A stretch of 64,000 nt of DNA from Lachnospiraceae bacterium (lineage in GTDB: Bacteria > Bacillota > Clostridia > Lachnospirales > Lachnospiraceae): the NCBI GenBank assembly GCA_017521195.1, contig JAFXGP010000088.1:11203-75202 (forward strand), read 5' to 3'. The notes under the pieces were generated by a model. It worked only from the letters and a program-made list of their open reading frames with translations. It was not told where the DNA came from and ran no database searches. Position numbers and translations under genes: made by a program. Positions 44,315 to 54,419 of the stretch are shown here, one piece after another. Position 1 is the stretch's first letter, and the number at the start of each line of letters is the position of its first letter.

Positions 44315-46192
44315 CTAAAATTTTCTCTGGCACATCCATTCCTGGAACATTAAAATGTACCATATCTGAATTCTCCATTGTCCATTATTAATATAATCGT
44401 TCCAAACATCCCAAACCACATCCGGATCCAGAATTCCCTGCTGTTCCAAAGTCCTACGGTCTATCAGGCTTTCCGCCCAACCACGAAGTTCCGGCTCTTT
44501 TAACCATTTTGTAATCGGAATGGCAAACCCTCGTTTCGGTAAATCCATCAGTTCCTTCGGAACATATTTATACAAAATATTTCTAAGTACTTTTTTAGTT
44601 ATCCCATCCTGATATTTATATTCCATCGGAAGAGTCCATGCAAACTCAACCACGTCCTTATCCAACATCGGGATTCGGGATTCCAATGACACTGCCATAC
44701 CTGCTCTGTCTACTTTTACCAAGATATCATCAGGATGATACATCAACAAATCCATCAGCATAATGTTGTGTCTTGTTTCTTTTAAATAACCCTCCTGGTA
44801 CTGGGTATATTTGAACGGAAGCATATTTTTATCCAGACAAATTTCTTTTGCCACCGGCTCTTCTTCATTGGATATTTCATAAAGCTGGGCTGCACCCTTT
44901 GCTCCCAAAAGTCCTGCTTTTACATTCAGCACCTTACTTTTCTTAACCGGTGCATTAAGAATCAGACTGCTTGCCAGTTTCCGGATTGGATATGGGATAT
45001 TTTTCATTTTCCCCCAAATACGGTCAATAGAATTATAGGAATGATATCCACAAAATAATTCATCTCCGGCATCTCCGCTTAAAGATACTGTTACATGTTC
45101 TTTCGTCATCTTACTAACCAGATAAGTAGGTATCTGGGAACTGTCCGCAAAGGGTTCTCCAAAAATATAAGAAAGGTTTGGAATTACTTCTCTTGCATCT
45201 TTTTCTGAGATATACAATTCTGTATGTTTTGTTCCCAAATGTTCGGCAATCTGTTTCGCCACTGCTGCCTCATTCATCTTAGGATCGTCTACACCGATGG
45301 TAAAGCTTCTTACCGGCTGACTACTCAAAGACTGCATCAATGCCACTACGGTAGTACTGTCAATACCAGAGGAAAGAAAGGCCCCTACAGGAACATCCGC
45401 TACCATCTGATCTGCTATGGATGCTTTTAACAAACGTTCCAATTCTTCCGTAGCTTCTTCTTCACTGCCCTTAAACGGATTCTGCTCCCCATACTTTGCC
45501 ACTTCTCTCATAGACCAATAGTTTTCGATATTGAACTCTTTATAAGGTGCTTTTAAAGTAAGAACACATCCCGGTTCCAATTTAAAAATATTCTCATATA
45601 CACTATAAGGTGCCGGAATATATCCATGAATAAAATAGATCGGTAATGCTCCTTTGTTGATTTCATTATCGAAGCCATCCAATTCAGCAATGCATCCGAT
45701 GTCAGAAGCGAATACAAAACTATCCTTTACCCAACCATAATAAAGTGGTTTTTCACCCACACGATCACGAAGTAAAAACAATTCCTTCTTTTCCCTGTCA
45801 TAAAGGGCAATGGCAAACATACCTTTGCAGAGGCTGATTCCTTCTTTTACACCATAGTTTTCAAAAAGTTCCAGCAATACTTCTGTATCAGATGTACCCT
45901 TAAAGTTGTCTACCTTACCTTCATTGATTAATTTTTCTCTTAATTTTCTATGGTTATAGATTTCCCCATTAAAAGCAATGACAAATCTTCCACTATGGGA
46001 TGTCATAGGCTGGGCTCCATTGGGTGACAAATCCACAATAGACAAACGACGATGACCCAAAGCTACACTTCTATCAGTTTCAATAAAGCTACCACCTGCA
46101 TCCGGTCCTCTATGGAACATTCTTTCGTTCATCTTATCAATATTCTTTTGTATGTCACCTTTCCAGTTACATAAACCTGCTATACCACACAT
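44315..46192 (-). CDS. asparagine synthase (glutamine-hydrolysing)-like amidotransferase, copy 1 (uronamide-forming candidate)
   Basis: 625 aa. N-terminal nucleophile MCGIAG, motif LSIVDLS...QP, and PP-loop FLSSGIDSTTV. Confidence 0.85.
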   Translation of the reverse strand: MCGIAGLCNWKGDIQKNIDKMNERMFHRGPDAGGSFIETDRSVALGHRRLSIVDLSPNGAQPMTSHSGRFVIAFNGEIYNHRKLREKLINEGKVDNFKGTSDTEVLLELFENYGVKEGISLCKGMFAIALYDREKKELFLLRDRVGEKPLYYGWVKDSFVFASDIGCIAELDGFDNEINKGALPIYFIHGYIPAPYSVYENIFKLEPGCVLTLKAPYKEFNIENYWSMREVAKYGEQNPFKGSEEEATEELERLLKASIADQMVADVPVGAFLSSGIDSTTVVALMQSLSSQPVRSFTIGVDDPKMNEAAVAKQIAEHLGTKHTELYISEKDAREVIPNLSYIFGEPFADSSQIPTYLVSKMTKEHVTVSLSGDAGDELFCGYHSYNSIDRIWGKMKNIPYPIRKLASSLILNAPVKKSKVLNVKAGLLGAKGAAQLYEISNEEEPVAKEICLDKNMLPFKYTQYQEGYLKETRHNIMLMDLLMYHPDDILVKVDRAGMAVSLESRIPMLDKDVVEFAWTLPMEYKYQDGITKKVLRNILYKYVPKELMDLPKRGFAIPITKWLKEPELRGWAESLIDRRTLEQQGILDPDVVWDVWNDYINNGQWRIQIWYILMFQEWMCQRKF

Positions 46193-46222
46193 ACTTTATT
46201 CCTCATTTATTGCAATATGCTT

Positions 46223-47317
46223 TTATTTCATCTTCGAAAGAAGATATTCTTCCCACTTACGATTTACTTTGTCCGGATGAAGTTCCTCTGTAAGTTTGTA
46301 AGCATTTCTACTATATTTTTCCCATAATTCTTCATCAGTAAGTAATGTTCTCATAGCCTTTGCCATAGGCTCAACTTTCCCTACCGGTACCAGAATTCCA
46401 TTTTCTTTTCCTTTCATCAACATTCGTGGTCCTCCGCAAGGACAATCGGTACTGATACTTGGAATCCCCAGTGCCATGGCTTCCATTAAGGAATTTGGCA
46501 TTCCTTCTGTATTGGAAGAAAGAACAAAAATTTTAGATTTTTCAATTCTCGTTTTCACGTTACGGATAGGTCCCGGTAAAAATATTTGATTCTTATACGG
46601 AGTCTTTTGTGCATACTCAGTTAATTTCTCATGGTCTTCACCACTTCCGTACAAAATCAAATTCACTTCCGGAAAATCTCCTGCAATTTGGCAAAAAGCA
46701 TCGATAATTAACTTCTGATTTTTATTGCCATCCAATCTTCCTACCGTTACAATCTCATTTTTTCTTGCTCCTTCATAGTAGTCATCTATGAAAAGCGGAT
46801 TCAACGGATTTTCCAAAATAACCGCCTTTTTTTGAATCCATTTCGGGAAATAAGCCTTTGCATCAGGAGTCTGTAAAACAAGCCCATCTGCTTTTCCCAT
46901 CAACGTTTTGGCAAGAATTTCCTGCATTTTATCATAATATTCTGCCTTTGGTTCCCCTCGGACGGAAGCCACTACCGGAATCTTCAGTCCCCAGGCAGTA
47001 AGAATCGCCATGAAATTATTTTTCCCTATAAAAGAAACAATCACATCCGGCTTTTCACTTTTCCAGATATTCCGCAATTTCATAAAACGACGTTTAAAAT
47101 TAACTATTCTGTTATTTGTAATTTCATCCTCCGTAATATCCGAAAAAATCCTTGTTGCACCATCCGGCAAATCATACTCCGGGTGATAAACCGTGGTGGT
47201 AACAATCGTCACTTGATGTCCTTTTGCCAAAAGTGATTCTGTCAAATTCAAAATCACCCTCTGAGCTCCACCTTTGATTAAACTATGCACATAAAATACA
47301 AATTTTTTTGATTTCAT
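46223..47317 (-). CDS. GT4-type glycosyltransferase (paralog of 49329..50432)
   Basis: Motif FVLSSNTEGMPNSLMEAMALGIPSISTDCPCGGPR. The start at 47317 (MKSKKFVFYV) has SD AAGGGAAAAG upstream. The track ORF extends to 47344. Confidence 0.8.
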   Translation of the reverse strand: MKSKKFVFYVHSLIKGGAQRVILNLTESLLAKGHQVTIVTTTVYHPEYDLPDGATRIFSDITEDEITNNRIVNFKRRFMKLRNIWKSEKPDVIVSFIGKNNFMAILTAWGLKIPVVASVRGEPKAEYYDKMQEILAKTLMGKADGLVLQTPDAKAYFPKWIQKKAVILENPLNPLFIDDYYEGARKNEIVTVGRLDGNKNQKLIIDAFCQIAGDFPEVNLILYGSGEDHEKLTEYAQKTPYKNQIFLPGPIRNVKTRIEKSKIFVLSSNTEGMPNSLMEAMALGIPSISTDCPCGGPRMLMKGKENGILVPVGKVEPMAKAMRTLLTDEELWEKYSRNAYKLTEELHPDKVNRKWEEYLLSKMK

Positions 47318-47381
47318 ATCTTTTCCCTTTGTGAATGTATGCATTCAAAATGTTTTTATCCATTTGCTTAGTTATAAAGAA

Positions 47382-49259
47382 TTACATATATTGTTGATAC
47401 CATTTCTGGAATACAAAATAGGCCCATACCATGCGGGAATAATTAGCTCCCGAACCGCTTCCTTTATCTCCGGTTTCCAGATAATGTTTCATAAATCTCT
47501 GTGTTTCCTTTGTTTTGAAAATATTTTGAGTATTCAAAAACTCTTCACCGCAGTAATCCAATAACTGTTCTTTCAATGGACCTCTTAACCATTTGTCCAA
47601 CGGTACAGAGAATCCAACCTTAGGTCTTTCCAACAATTCCTTTGGAATGTAATCATAAGCCAGTTCTTTCAAAATTCTCTTTTTATTCCCCTTCTCATAC
47701 TTGTAAGAATGAGGAAGTGCAAAAGAAAATTCCATAACTTCTTTGTCCAAAATCGGACATCTGGTTTCCAAAGAATATTTCATTCCCGCTCTGTCAACCT
47801 TACATAAAATATCTCCCGGAAGATAAGTATCCATATCCAGCAACATTCTTCGAATCTGCCAATTATCTACATCATACTTGGCTTCTTCTTCAAAACGATA
47901 ACCCATCTGCTTCTGCTTCAACATAGATACCGCCGCTTCACTGTGTTTAGCATCGAAAGGTTGTACCTTCAACACCTTGTCCCTATTTCCGGCCACAATC
48001 TGTACTTTGGTTGGAAATTTGTCCATAAGATGCATCTGTTTGAATCCCGGCAGGTTACAAACACCATAAACCATTGCTCCTAAAGGGTCTAATTTCTGCA
48101 TATCCAACAACATCTTATAATTGTTATATCCACAGAAAAATTCATCCCCACCATCTCCGGATAAGGCTACGGTTACTTTTTCTTTTGCCAATCTGGAAAC
48201 CAACATGGTTGGAATCTGGGAACTGTCTGCAAAAGGTTCGTCATAATAATCGGTCAAATCTTCGATTAAGCCGAACATATCCTGTTCGGTAATATACATT
48301 TCGGTATGGTCTGTTCCCAAATATTCAGCCACATCTTTGGCATAAATGGCTTCATTGTATTTTTTATCTTCAAATCCGATAGAGAATGTTTTTACCGGTT
48401 TCCCGCTCTTGCTTTGTGCCATAGCTGTCATTAGAGAGGAATCATAACCCCCGCTAAGGAATGTTCCCAAAGGTACGTCTGCTATCATTCTCATTTCAAT
48501 GGAATTACTTAATTTCTTTTTCAGTTCTTCTTTGGCTTCTTTAAAACTGCCACGGAAGGTATTTTTCTTTTCTCCGTATAGGGTTGCTATATCCCAATAT
48601 TTCCATTTCTCTTTTTTTCCGTTTTGAAAACGATACACAGCCCCCGGTTCCAGTTTATATACATGTTCAAAAATCGTATCCGGTGCATTAATATACTGGT
48701 GCACAAGATATCGGTTTAATTGTTCCTGACGGATTTTTTTCTCAAATCCCGGATACTTCATAATAGGTTTTAATTCAGAGGCAAATACCAGATTTTCATC
48801 ATCTTCCAGATAATACAAAGGCTTCTTACCAATACGATCCCTTACCAAATACAAACTTTCATCTTCCCTGTCATATAAGGCAATAGCAAACATTCCGTTA
48901 AATCGTTCTACACATTGAATTCCCCACTTTAAGTAGGCCGCCAGGATTACTTCTGTATCACAATGAGATTTAAAAGGATAATCTTTTAATTCTTCCCTTA
49001 ATTCCGGAAAATTGTAAATTTCTCCATTATAAGCAATACTCAATCTTTTATCTACGGAATGCATAGGCTGATGTCCCAAGGGGGACAAATCCTGGATAGA
49101 CAAACGTCTTTGAGCAAGTCCGATACTATATTGATTCTTTCCCGCATAGATTTCTACACCACTATCATCCGGTCCCCTATGAAACATAGTATCGTTCATT
49201 TCACTCAGTTGTTCCAATGTGATATTTTGTTTACTGTAAAAACCACAAATTCCGCACAT
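47382..49259 (-). CDS. asparagine synthase (glutamine-hydrolysing)-like amidotransferase, copy 2
   Basis: 625 aa. N-terminal nucleophile MCGICG, motif LSIQDLS...QP, and PP-loop FLSGGYDSSLM. By eye it is roughly half identical to copy 1 over the N-terminal region. Confidence 0.85.
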   Translation of the reverse strand: MCGICGFYSKQNITLEQLSEMNDTMFHRGPDDSGVEIYAGKNQYSIGLAQRRLSIQDLSPLGHQPMHSVDKRLSIAYNGEIYNFPELREELKDYPFKSHCDTEVILAAYLKWGIQCVERFNGMFAIALYDREDESLYLVRDRIGKKPLYYLEDDENLVFASELKPIMKYPGFEKKIRQEQLNRYLVHQYINAPDTIFEHVYKLEPGAVYRFQNGKKEKWKYWDIATLYGEKKNTFRGSFKEAKEELKKKLSNSIEMRMIADVPLGTFLSGGYDSSLMTAMAQSKSGKPVKTFSIGFEDKKYNEAIYAKDVAEYLGTDHTEMYITEQDMFGLIEDLTDYYDEPFADSSQIPTMLVSRLAKEKVTVALSGDGGDEFFCGYNNYKMLLDMQKLDPLGAMVYGVCNLPGFKQMHLMDKFPTKVQIVAGNRDKVLKVQPFDAKHSEAAVSMLKQKQMGYRFEEEAKYDVDNWQIRRMLLDMDTYLPGDILCKVDRAGMKYSLETRCPILDKEVMEFSFALPHSYKYEKGNKKRILKELAYDYIPKELLERPKVGFSVPLDKWLRGPLKEQLLDYCGEEFLNTQNIFKTKETQRFMKHYLETGDKGSGSGANYSRMVWAYFVFQKWYQQYM

Positions 49260-49328
49260 ATGCTTATTGCCTTTCTGTTTTTTATTTCATAATCTCAGAG
49301 AACTATCGCTTTTGCATTTATGCACAAA

Positions 49329-50432
49329 TCAAATTCTTTCTCCGATATAGTCCGTCCACTGTTTAAAAATCCGGTCCAAAGTTGCTTCCTGCAAACGTTC
49401 TTTTGCTTTGGCTCCCATTTTTTCCGCTTCTTGTGGATTTTGGATATAATATTCCATTGCCTGAACCATAGAGCCTATATTTTTTACCGGTACCAACTGT
49501 CCGGTAATTCCCGGTTCAATCCAATAACGGCTTCCGCCGCAAGGACAATCCGTACTGACAACCGGAAGTCCTAATGCCATAGCTTCCATCAGGGCATTTG
49601 GCATTCCCTCGTAATTCGAGGACAATACAAACATAGCTGCATCTGCCATGTCTGTTTCCAAGGTACTGCTAAGCCCCATGAAATGGACATTCTCTTTCAA
49701 ACTTCCTGCATTTACATATTTTATCAATTCTTCTTTACATTCATCATCACTGCCATCCCCGTACAGATAGAGATGGTAGTCCGGATATTTCTCTAATATT
49801 TTTTCAAATGCATTTACCAAGAGCATCTGATTTTTCTGTGCCACCAAGCGGCCCACACACACAATTTTTTTCTTCGGTGTTTTTCGTTTTGCATGCAAAT
49901 ATTTTTCATTGACAGGATTACAAATAATGGTAGATTTCTTCTGCAAAACTTCATCAAAGAATTCTTTTGCTTCTTCTGTCTGAAATACACAACCGTTAGC
50001 CCGGTTCAAAAACAATTTATTCATAAATGTTCTTGCAGTACCTACATAATCAATCTTAGGATCGTTCCGCACCGACACGATCACCGGAATACCGGTTCCC
50101 GTAGTCGCCATCATCGCTCTGTAATTCGCTTTTACACAAAAAGAAATTAATATATCCGGCTTTTCTTCCAGCAAAGTTGCCCGAAGATTCTTAACGCGGA
50201 ACCACTGCTTGGCAATTCTGGATGCCTGTTCCTGTTTTTCGGAAAGTCCCACATGAATTCTTCTTACTTCCGGTTGCAACTCATACTCTTCTTCTGAAAA
50301 CCACTCTGTTGCCACTATAACATCTTTTCCCTTGCTGGCAAATTCATTGGCCAAAAGGCTTACCACTCTTTCTGCTCCGCCTTTTCCCATACTGTTGAGA
50401 TGAAAGATGATTTTATTAACTGTTTTGCTCAT
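49329..50432 (-). CDS. GT4-type glycosyltransferase (paralog of 46223..47317)
   Basis: Motif FVLSSNYEGMPNALMEAMALGLPVVSTDCPCGGSR. The start at 50432 (MSKTVNKIIF) has SD AAGGAAAGGAA upstream. The track ORF extends to 50474. Confidence 0.8.
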   Translation of the reverse strand: MSKTVNKIIFHLNSMGKGGAERVVSLLANEFASKGKDVIVATEWFSEEEYELQPEVRRIHVGLSEKQEQASRIAKQWFRVKNLRATLLEEKPDILISFCVKANYRAMMATTGTGIPVIVSVRNDPKIDYVGTARTFMNKLFLNRANGCVFQTEEAKEFFDEVLQKKSTIICNPVNEKYLHAKRKTPKKKIVCVGRLVAQKNQMLLVNAFEKILEKYPDYHLYLYGDGSDDECKEELIKYVNAGSLKENVHFMGLSSTLETDMADAAMFVLSSNYEGMPNALMEAMALGLPVVSTDCPCGGSRYWIEPGITGQLVPVKNIGSMVQAMEYYIQNPQEAEKMGAKAKERLQEATLDRIFKQWTDYIGERI

Positions 50433-50483
50433 TTGGCTGTTCCTTTCCTTTGGGATGTTTATCCATTCAACCACACTTCCAGA

Positions 50484-51635
50484 CTAACCTTTGGGAAATT
50501 TCCCCGTTAAGTAAAACTCCTGCATTCTCTCAGCCTGTGCTTTTACATCGAAGGAAGCCTGTTTCACTTCTTCTGCATAACCGGCTCTTTGACTGTTATC
50601 AGAAGCTCTATGACTATATTTCATAATCTCTTCCGCCCAGACATCTGCATCTTCCCTAATACTTCTCATCTGTATCAAATCCGTCACAATTGCTTCTGCT
50701 GTAACGGTATCTGACATAATTCCATGAAGTCCACTGGCCTGTGCCTCCACTACTGTTCCCGGAAGACCTTCATAAAGGGAAGGAAGTAAAAAATAATCCA
50801 TCGCCTGATAGTAACGATATACATCCTTTTTATTTCCCATAAAAAGAACCCTGGAAGAAATTCCCATAGCTACCGCCTGTTCCATGATTTCTTCTTTTAA
50901 ATCTCCGTCTCCCAAAAACATCAAAACTGTTTCCGGAAGCCGCATTTCTTTTTCCATCTTAAGACACTGCTCCAAAATCTGAAGCATGTATCTATGATTT
51001 TTCATATGAGAAAATCTTCCCACATGACCGATTACAAATTTATCTTTTATCCCCAATTCATAGCGGATTTGTTCCCTTGTGGCTTCGTCATACTTAAACT
51101 TGTCCACATCAATGGCATTGGGAATAAATGTAGCCTTTCTGGAAATCTGCTTTTGATTTCCAAAAACAGATTCTCCCGCCATATCGGAACAGGTAAAACG
51201 ATAGTCACATTTCTTATATAAGTCTCTTCGTAAAAATCTGGTAAGGTGTCCCTTTAATCCCGGATCAACCCCCGCGCTTCTGGCATGGGCAATAGTGATT
51301 TCTACTCCTGCCTTTTTCGCGATCGGAAGATAAATTGCAGCAGTACTGGTCATATGTCCCTGTACTACTTTAATCTCCGGATGGGTTTCAAACAAATCCT
51401 TCCATGCCTTCTTATAGGTAAAGTAATTCTTCACATTAAATCTTGGCACATGGTACACTTTGCCCCCAAGACGTTCCACTTCTTCTTCAAAAGCACAGCG
51501 GTCAGTGGTATGCTGCACAAAATGAAATTGTACTTTTTCCCTGTCTATATTACGGTACAAATCCATAATTCTGCTTTCTGCACCGCCAATATCCAATCTT
51601 CCTACTACATGCAGTACTATCGTTGGTTGATTCAT
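50484..51635 (-). CDS. GT4-type glycosyltransferase (paralog of 52187..53275)
   Basis: 383 aa. Motifs LHVVGRLDIGGAESRIMDLYRNIDREKVQFHFV and LPSLYEGLPGTVVEAQASGLHGIMSD. Confidence 0.8.
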   Translation of the reverse strand: MNQPTIVLHVVGRLDIGGAESRIMDLYRNIDREKVQFHFVQHTTDRCAFEEEVERLGGKVYHVPRFNVKNYFTYKKAWKDLFETHPEIKVVQGHMTSTAAIYLPIAKKAGVEITIAHARSAGVDPGLKGHLTRFLRRDLYKKCDYRFTCSDMAGESVFGNQKQISRKATFIPNAIDVDKFKYDEATREQIRYELGIKDKFVIGHVGRFSHMKNHRYMLQILEQCLKMEKEMRLPETVLMFLGDGDLKEEIMEQAVAMGISSRVLFMGNKKDVYRYYQAMDYFLLPSLYEGLPGTVVEAQASGLHGIMSDTVTAEAIVTDLIQMRSIREDADVWAEEIMKYSHRASDNSQRAGYAEEVKQASFDVKAQAERMQEFYLTGKFPKG

Positions 51636-51665
51636 AATTTCTTACCTTTACTTTTAAAATCACTT

Positions 51666-52190
51666 TTATTCAGAAACATCCTGTGCAGGTACACCTACTA
51701 ATATTGCACCATCTTTCAGGCAGCTTTTGGTTACTACTGCATTAGCTCCTACCTGAATGTTATCTCCTAAGGTAATATCTCCAAAGACTTTTGCACCGGG
51801 GCCTAAATAAGCATTATCACCAATCTTTGGCGCTTTTCCGTGATTTGCTCCCACGCAAACTCCCGGGTGCAGTTTTGCATGTTTCCCGATTCGGGAACCT
51901 GCATTAATAATAACGGAACCCAAATGCGCCATTTCAAATCCCTCTTCCAAGACATTTAGAGGAATAGAGATTCCATATCTGGTCTGAATTCTAAGTAATC
52001 GAAATAAATACCATATTCTGGTAATCTTTCCGGTATTCGCTGCATACTCTGCTTTTCGCAAAAAATAAGCATGTTGAAACAATACCTGTTGTTCCGTCAT
52101 CAAAATAGGTAAATGAAAATACCATTTTTTCTTATATTTTTTGCCTTCCACAGTTAAATATCTTTTTAAGTCATCTTTGTTTTGTATCAT
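51666..52190 (-). CDS. hexapeptide-repeat (LbH) O-acetyltransferase, serine-acetyltransferase-like
   Basis: 174 aa. A helical N-terminal domain is followed by repeats IGKHAKLHPGVCVGAN and IGDNAYLGPGAKVFGDITLGDNIQVGANAVV. 4-nt overlap with the upstream GT4. Confidence 0.8.
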   Translation of the reverse strand: MIQNKDDLKRYLTVEGKKYKKKWYFHLPILMTEQQVLFQHAYFLRKAEYAANTGKITRIWYLFRLLRIQTRYGISIPLNVLEEGFEMAHLGSVIINAGSRIGKHAKLHPGVCVGANHGKAPKIGDNAYLGPGAKVFGDITLGDNIQVGANAVVTKSCLKDGAILVGVPAQDVSE

Positions 52191-53275
52191 TTTGCAAGCT
52201 CCGTAAAATAACTCTCATACCACTTTACAAGTTCATCCATGTCATATCCTGCATCCCGGATAGCTTTTCTCTGACACTGCCGGGATTGAGTTTCTCCGTC
52301 TTTTTGTAACTGAACTGCTTTTTTCGCCCAAATTTCAGAACTGTCTTCGATGGACTCCATGGTTACCAATCCTTCCGTAACAATTACATCTTTGGTAATG
52401 GTATCTGATATGATAGCCGGCAGTGCAGCAATCTGTGCCTCAATTAATGTTAATGGTAATCCTTCAAAGAACGATGGAAATAACAATACATCCATGCAGG
52501 ACATAAAGTAATTTGCATCATGGCGCGTACCTGTCAGAATCACTCTATCTTCCAAATTTAATTCTTTTATTTTTTTCTCAATTTCAGGCCTTAAATCTCC
52601 GTCTCCAAGGCAGAAGAAAACCGCTTTATCATCTAATTTGGCTATTTCCTTATAAACATCCAGTAAAAACATATGATTTTTGGATTCCCTGAAATTAGCA
52701 ATATGTCCATATACATGTTTTTCCCGAATTGCAAATTCTTCCCGGATTTTTTCTGCCTTTTCTTCACTGTATGCAAATTTATTTACATTAATTGCATTAT
52801 GAATTACTTGAAATTCTTTTTTACAAAACATCCATTCCCCGGCCTTCTTAGAACAAGCCAGTCTTTTATCTGCCACAAATTTCATTAATACTCTGCCAAT
52901 CTTATGAAGACTCATCTGCGGGTCCGTCTCGTTATGGGAATGGCATATCGTTTTTGCACCGGCTAATTTTGCTGCCAATAATTGGGGGGCTATTAAAGCA
53001 TTCGCTGTATGTCGTATTACAATCTGATATTTGTTTTTCTTAATAATCTTGTAGAGCCCGGAAAGATTGCCAATAGGGTCTGCTGTAAGTCTTGGAAGCT
53101 CATATACATTCCCTCCCATCTCTCTGATTCGCTGGCAATGATCATTTTCCTTTTGAAGATGCACCACAAAATCAAACTGAAATTTTTCCCGGTCAATTTT
53201 TTCATACAGATTCATAATGAAATTTTCTATTCCTCCGGGATACATAGTTCCCACTACCTGAAGAACTCTTATCAT
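52187..53275 (-). CDS. GT4-type glycosyltransferase (paralog of 50484..51635)
   Basis: 362 aa. Motifs LQVVGTMYPGGIENFIMNLYEKIDREKFQFDFV and FPSFFEGLPLTLIEAQIAALPAIISD. Confidence 0.8.
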   Translation of the reverse strand: MIRVLQVVGTMYPGGIENFIMNLYEKIDREKFQFDFVVHLQKENDHCQRIREMGGNVYELPRLTADPIGNLSGLYKIIKKNKYQIVIRHTANALIAPQLLAAKLAGAKTICHSHNETDPQMSLHKIGRVLMKFVADKRLACSKKAGEWMFCKKEFQVIHNAINVNKFAYSEEKAEKIREEFAIREKHVYGHIANFRESKNHMFLLDVYKEIAKLDDKAVFFCLGDGDLRPEIEKKIKELNLEDRVILTGTRHDANYFMSCMDVLLFPSFFEGLPLTLIEAQIAALPAIISDTITKDVIVTEGLVTMESIEDSSEIWAKKAVQLQKDGETQSRQCQRKAIRDAGYDMDELVKWYESYFTELAK

Positions 53276-53285
53276 TGTTTTTCTC

Positions 53286-54266
53286 CTATTTGCTTAAGTC
53301 CTCTTTGTACCAGTCAATCGCTAACGCAATTCCTTTTGCGAAATCATAATCCGGGTCATAACCTAACAGATTTCTTGCTTTACTGATGTCTGCGTTGGAG
53401 TGTTTAATATCTCCTTTTCTGTCCGGTCCGAAGTTAGGTTCAATTTTCTTACCTAAAGCTTCACAAAGTGTATAATAAATATCAATTAAATATTCTCTTC
53501 CGCCATAAGCAATGTTAAATGCCTGTCCTGCTGCCTCTGATGGTGCCTGACATGCTTTTAAGTTGGCTTCAATTACATTATCAATATAAGTAAAGTCTCT
53601 GGACTGTTTGCCATCACCGTTAATGGTTGGCACTTCATCGTTAATTAACATCTTAATAAATTTAGGAATAACCGCAGCATATACTCCATCCGGATCCTGA
53701 TGTCTTCCAAATACATTAAAGTAACGCATACCATAGGTATCCAATCCATATAATTTAGTATAAAGTTTTCCATATTCTTCATCCACACGTTTGGTAAGAG
53801 CATATGGTGAAAGCAAATTCCCTTCCTGCCCTTCTACTTTAGGAAGTACAGGATGATCTCCGTATACGGAAGAACTGGAAGCATAAACAAATTTCTTAAC
53901 TCCCTGCTGTCTTGCAGCTTCCATCATATTTAAAGTTCCGCGAATGTTAACTTCTTCATAAAACAATGGCATCTCAATACTTCTTGGAACACTTCCCCAA
54001 GCCGCCTGATTTAATACAAAATCCACACCTTCGCAAGCTTTCATACAAGTATCTAAATCGCGGATATCTCCGTGAATAAAGGTATAATTGGGTCTATCGC
54101 TTAATCTATCTACATTTTTTTGTTTTCCGGTAGATAAGTTATCCAAACATCTCACCTGATATCCCATATCGGTAATCGCTTCACAAAGGTTGGAGCCGAT
54201 AAATCCTGCACCACCGGTTACTAAAAACACACTGTCCTTTGGAAAAACTAAATCTTTGTATCCCAT
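53286..54266 (-). CDS. UDP-GlcNAc(A) 4-epimerase-type extended SDR (WbpP/TviC-like)
   Basis: 326 aa. Motifs FLVTGGAGFIGSNLCE and LDNLSTGKQKNVD, and catalytic SPYALTKRVDE (YxxxK). Confidence 0.75.
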   Translation of the reverse strand: MGYKDLVFPKDSVFLVTGGAGFIGSNLCEAITDMGYQVRCLDNLSTGKQKNVDRLSDRPNYTFIHGDIRDLDTCMKACEGVDFVLNQAAWGSVPRSIEMPLFYEEVNIRGTLNMMEAARQQGVKKFVYASSSSVYGDHPVLPKVEGQEGNLLSPYALTKRVDEEYGKLYTKLYGLDTYGMRYFNVFGRHQDPDGVYAAVIPKFIKMLINDEVPTINGDGKQSRDFTYIDNVIEANLKACQAPSEAAGQAFNIAYGGREYLIDIYYTLCEALGKKIEPNFGPDRKGDIKHSNADISKARNLLGYDPDYDFAKGIALAIDWYKEDLSK

Positions 54267-54368
54267 ACTTTCATCCTCTTTTCTTTTACTTAAAACTTTT
54301 TATTTCTATTTGCGCATAACAATTCCATTAAATCATAATAGTTATAATCTTTAGTATCATACCATAAA

Positions 54369-54402
54369 ACAAAGCCTGTTGCAAATTTACAACAGGCTTT
54401 GT
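54369..54402 (-). terminator. rho-independent terminator candidate inside the locus, downstream of the acyltransferase gene
   Basis: Perfect 13-bp stem ACAAAGCCTGTTG (54369..54381) / CAACAGGCTTTGT (54390..54402) with an 8-nt loop. On the minus-strand transcript it is followed by UUUAUGG. It lies 18 nt after the stop at 54420. Confidence 0.5.
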
Positions 54403-54419
54403 GAAACAATCTTTAACTT

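Noticed and set aside
44315-49259. Calling the two AsnB-like genes housekeeping asparagine synthetases (asnB)
   Set aside because: There are two diverged copies, each paired with a GT4 inside a glycan locus that also makes UDP-HexNAcA. A glycan amidotransferase role is more likely, so no asnB symbol is assigned. This cannot be proven from sequence alone.
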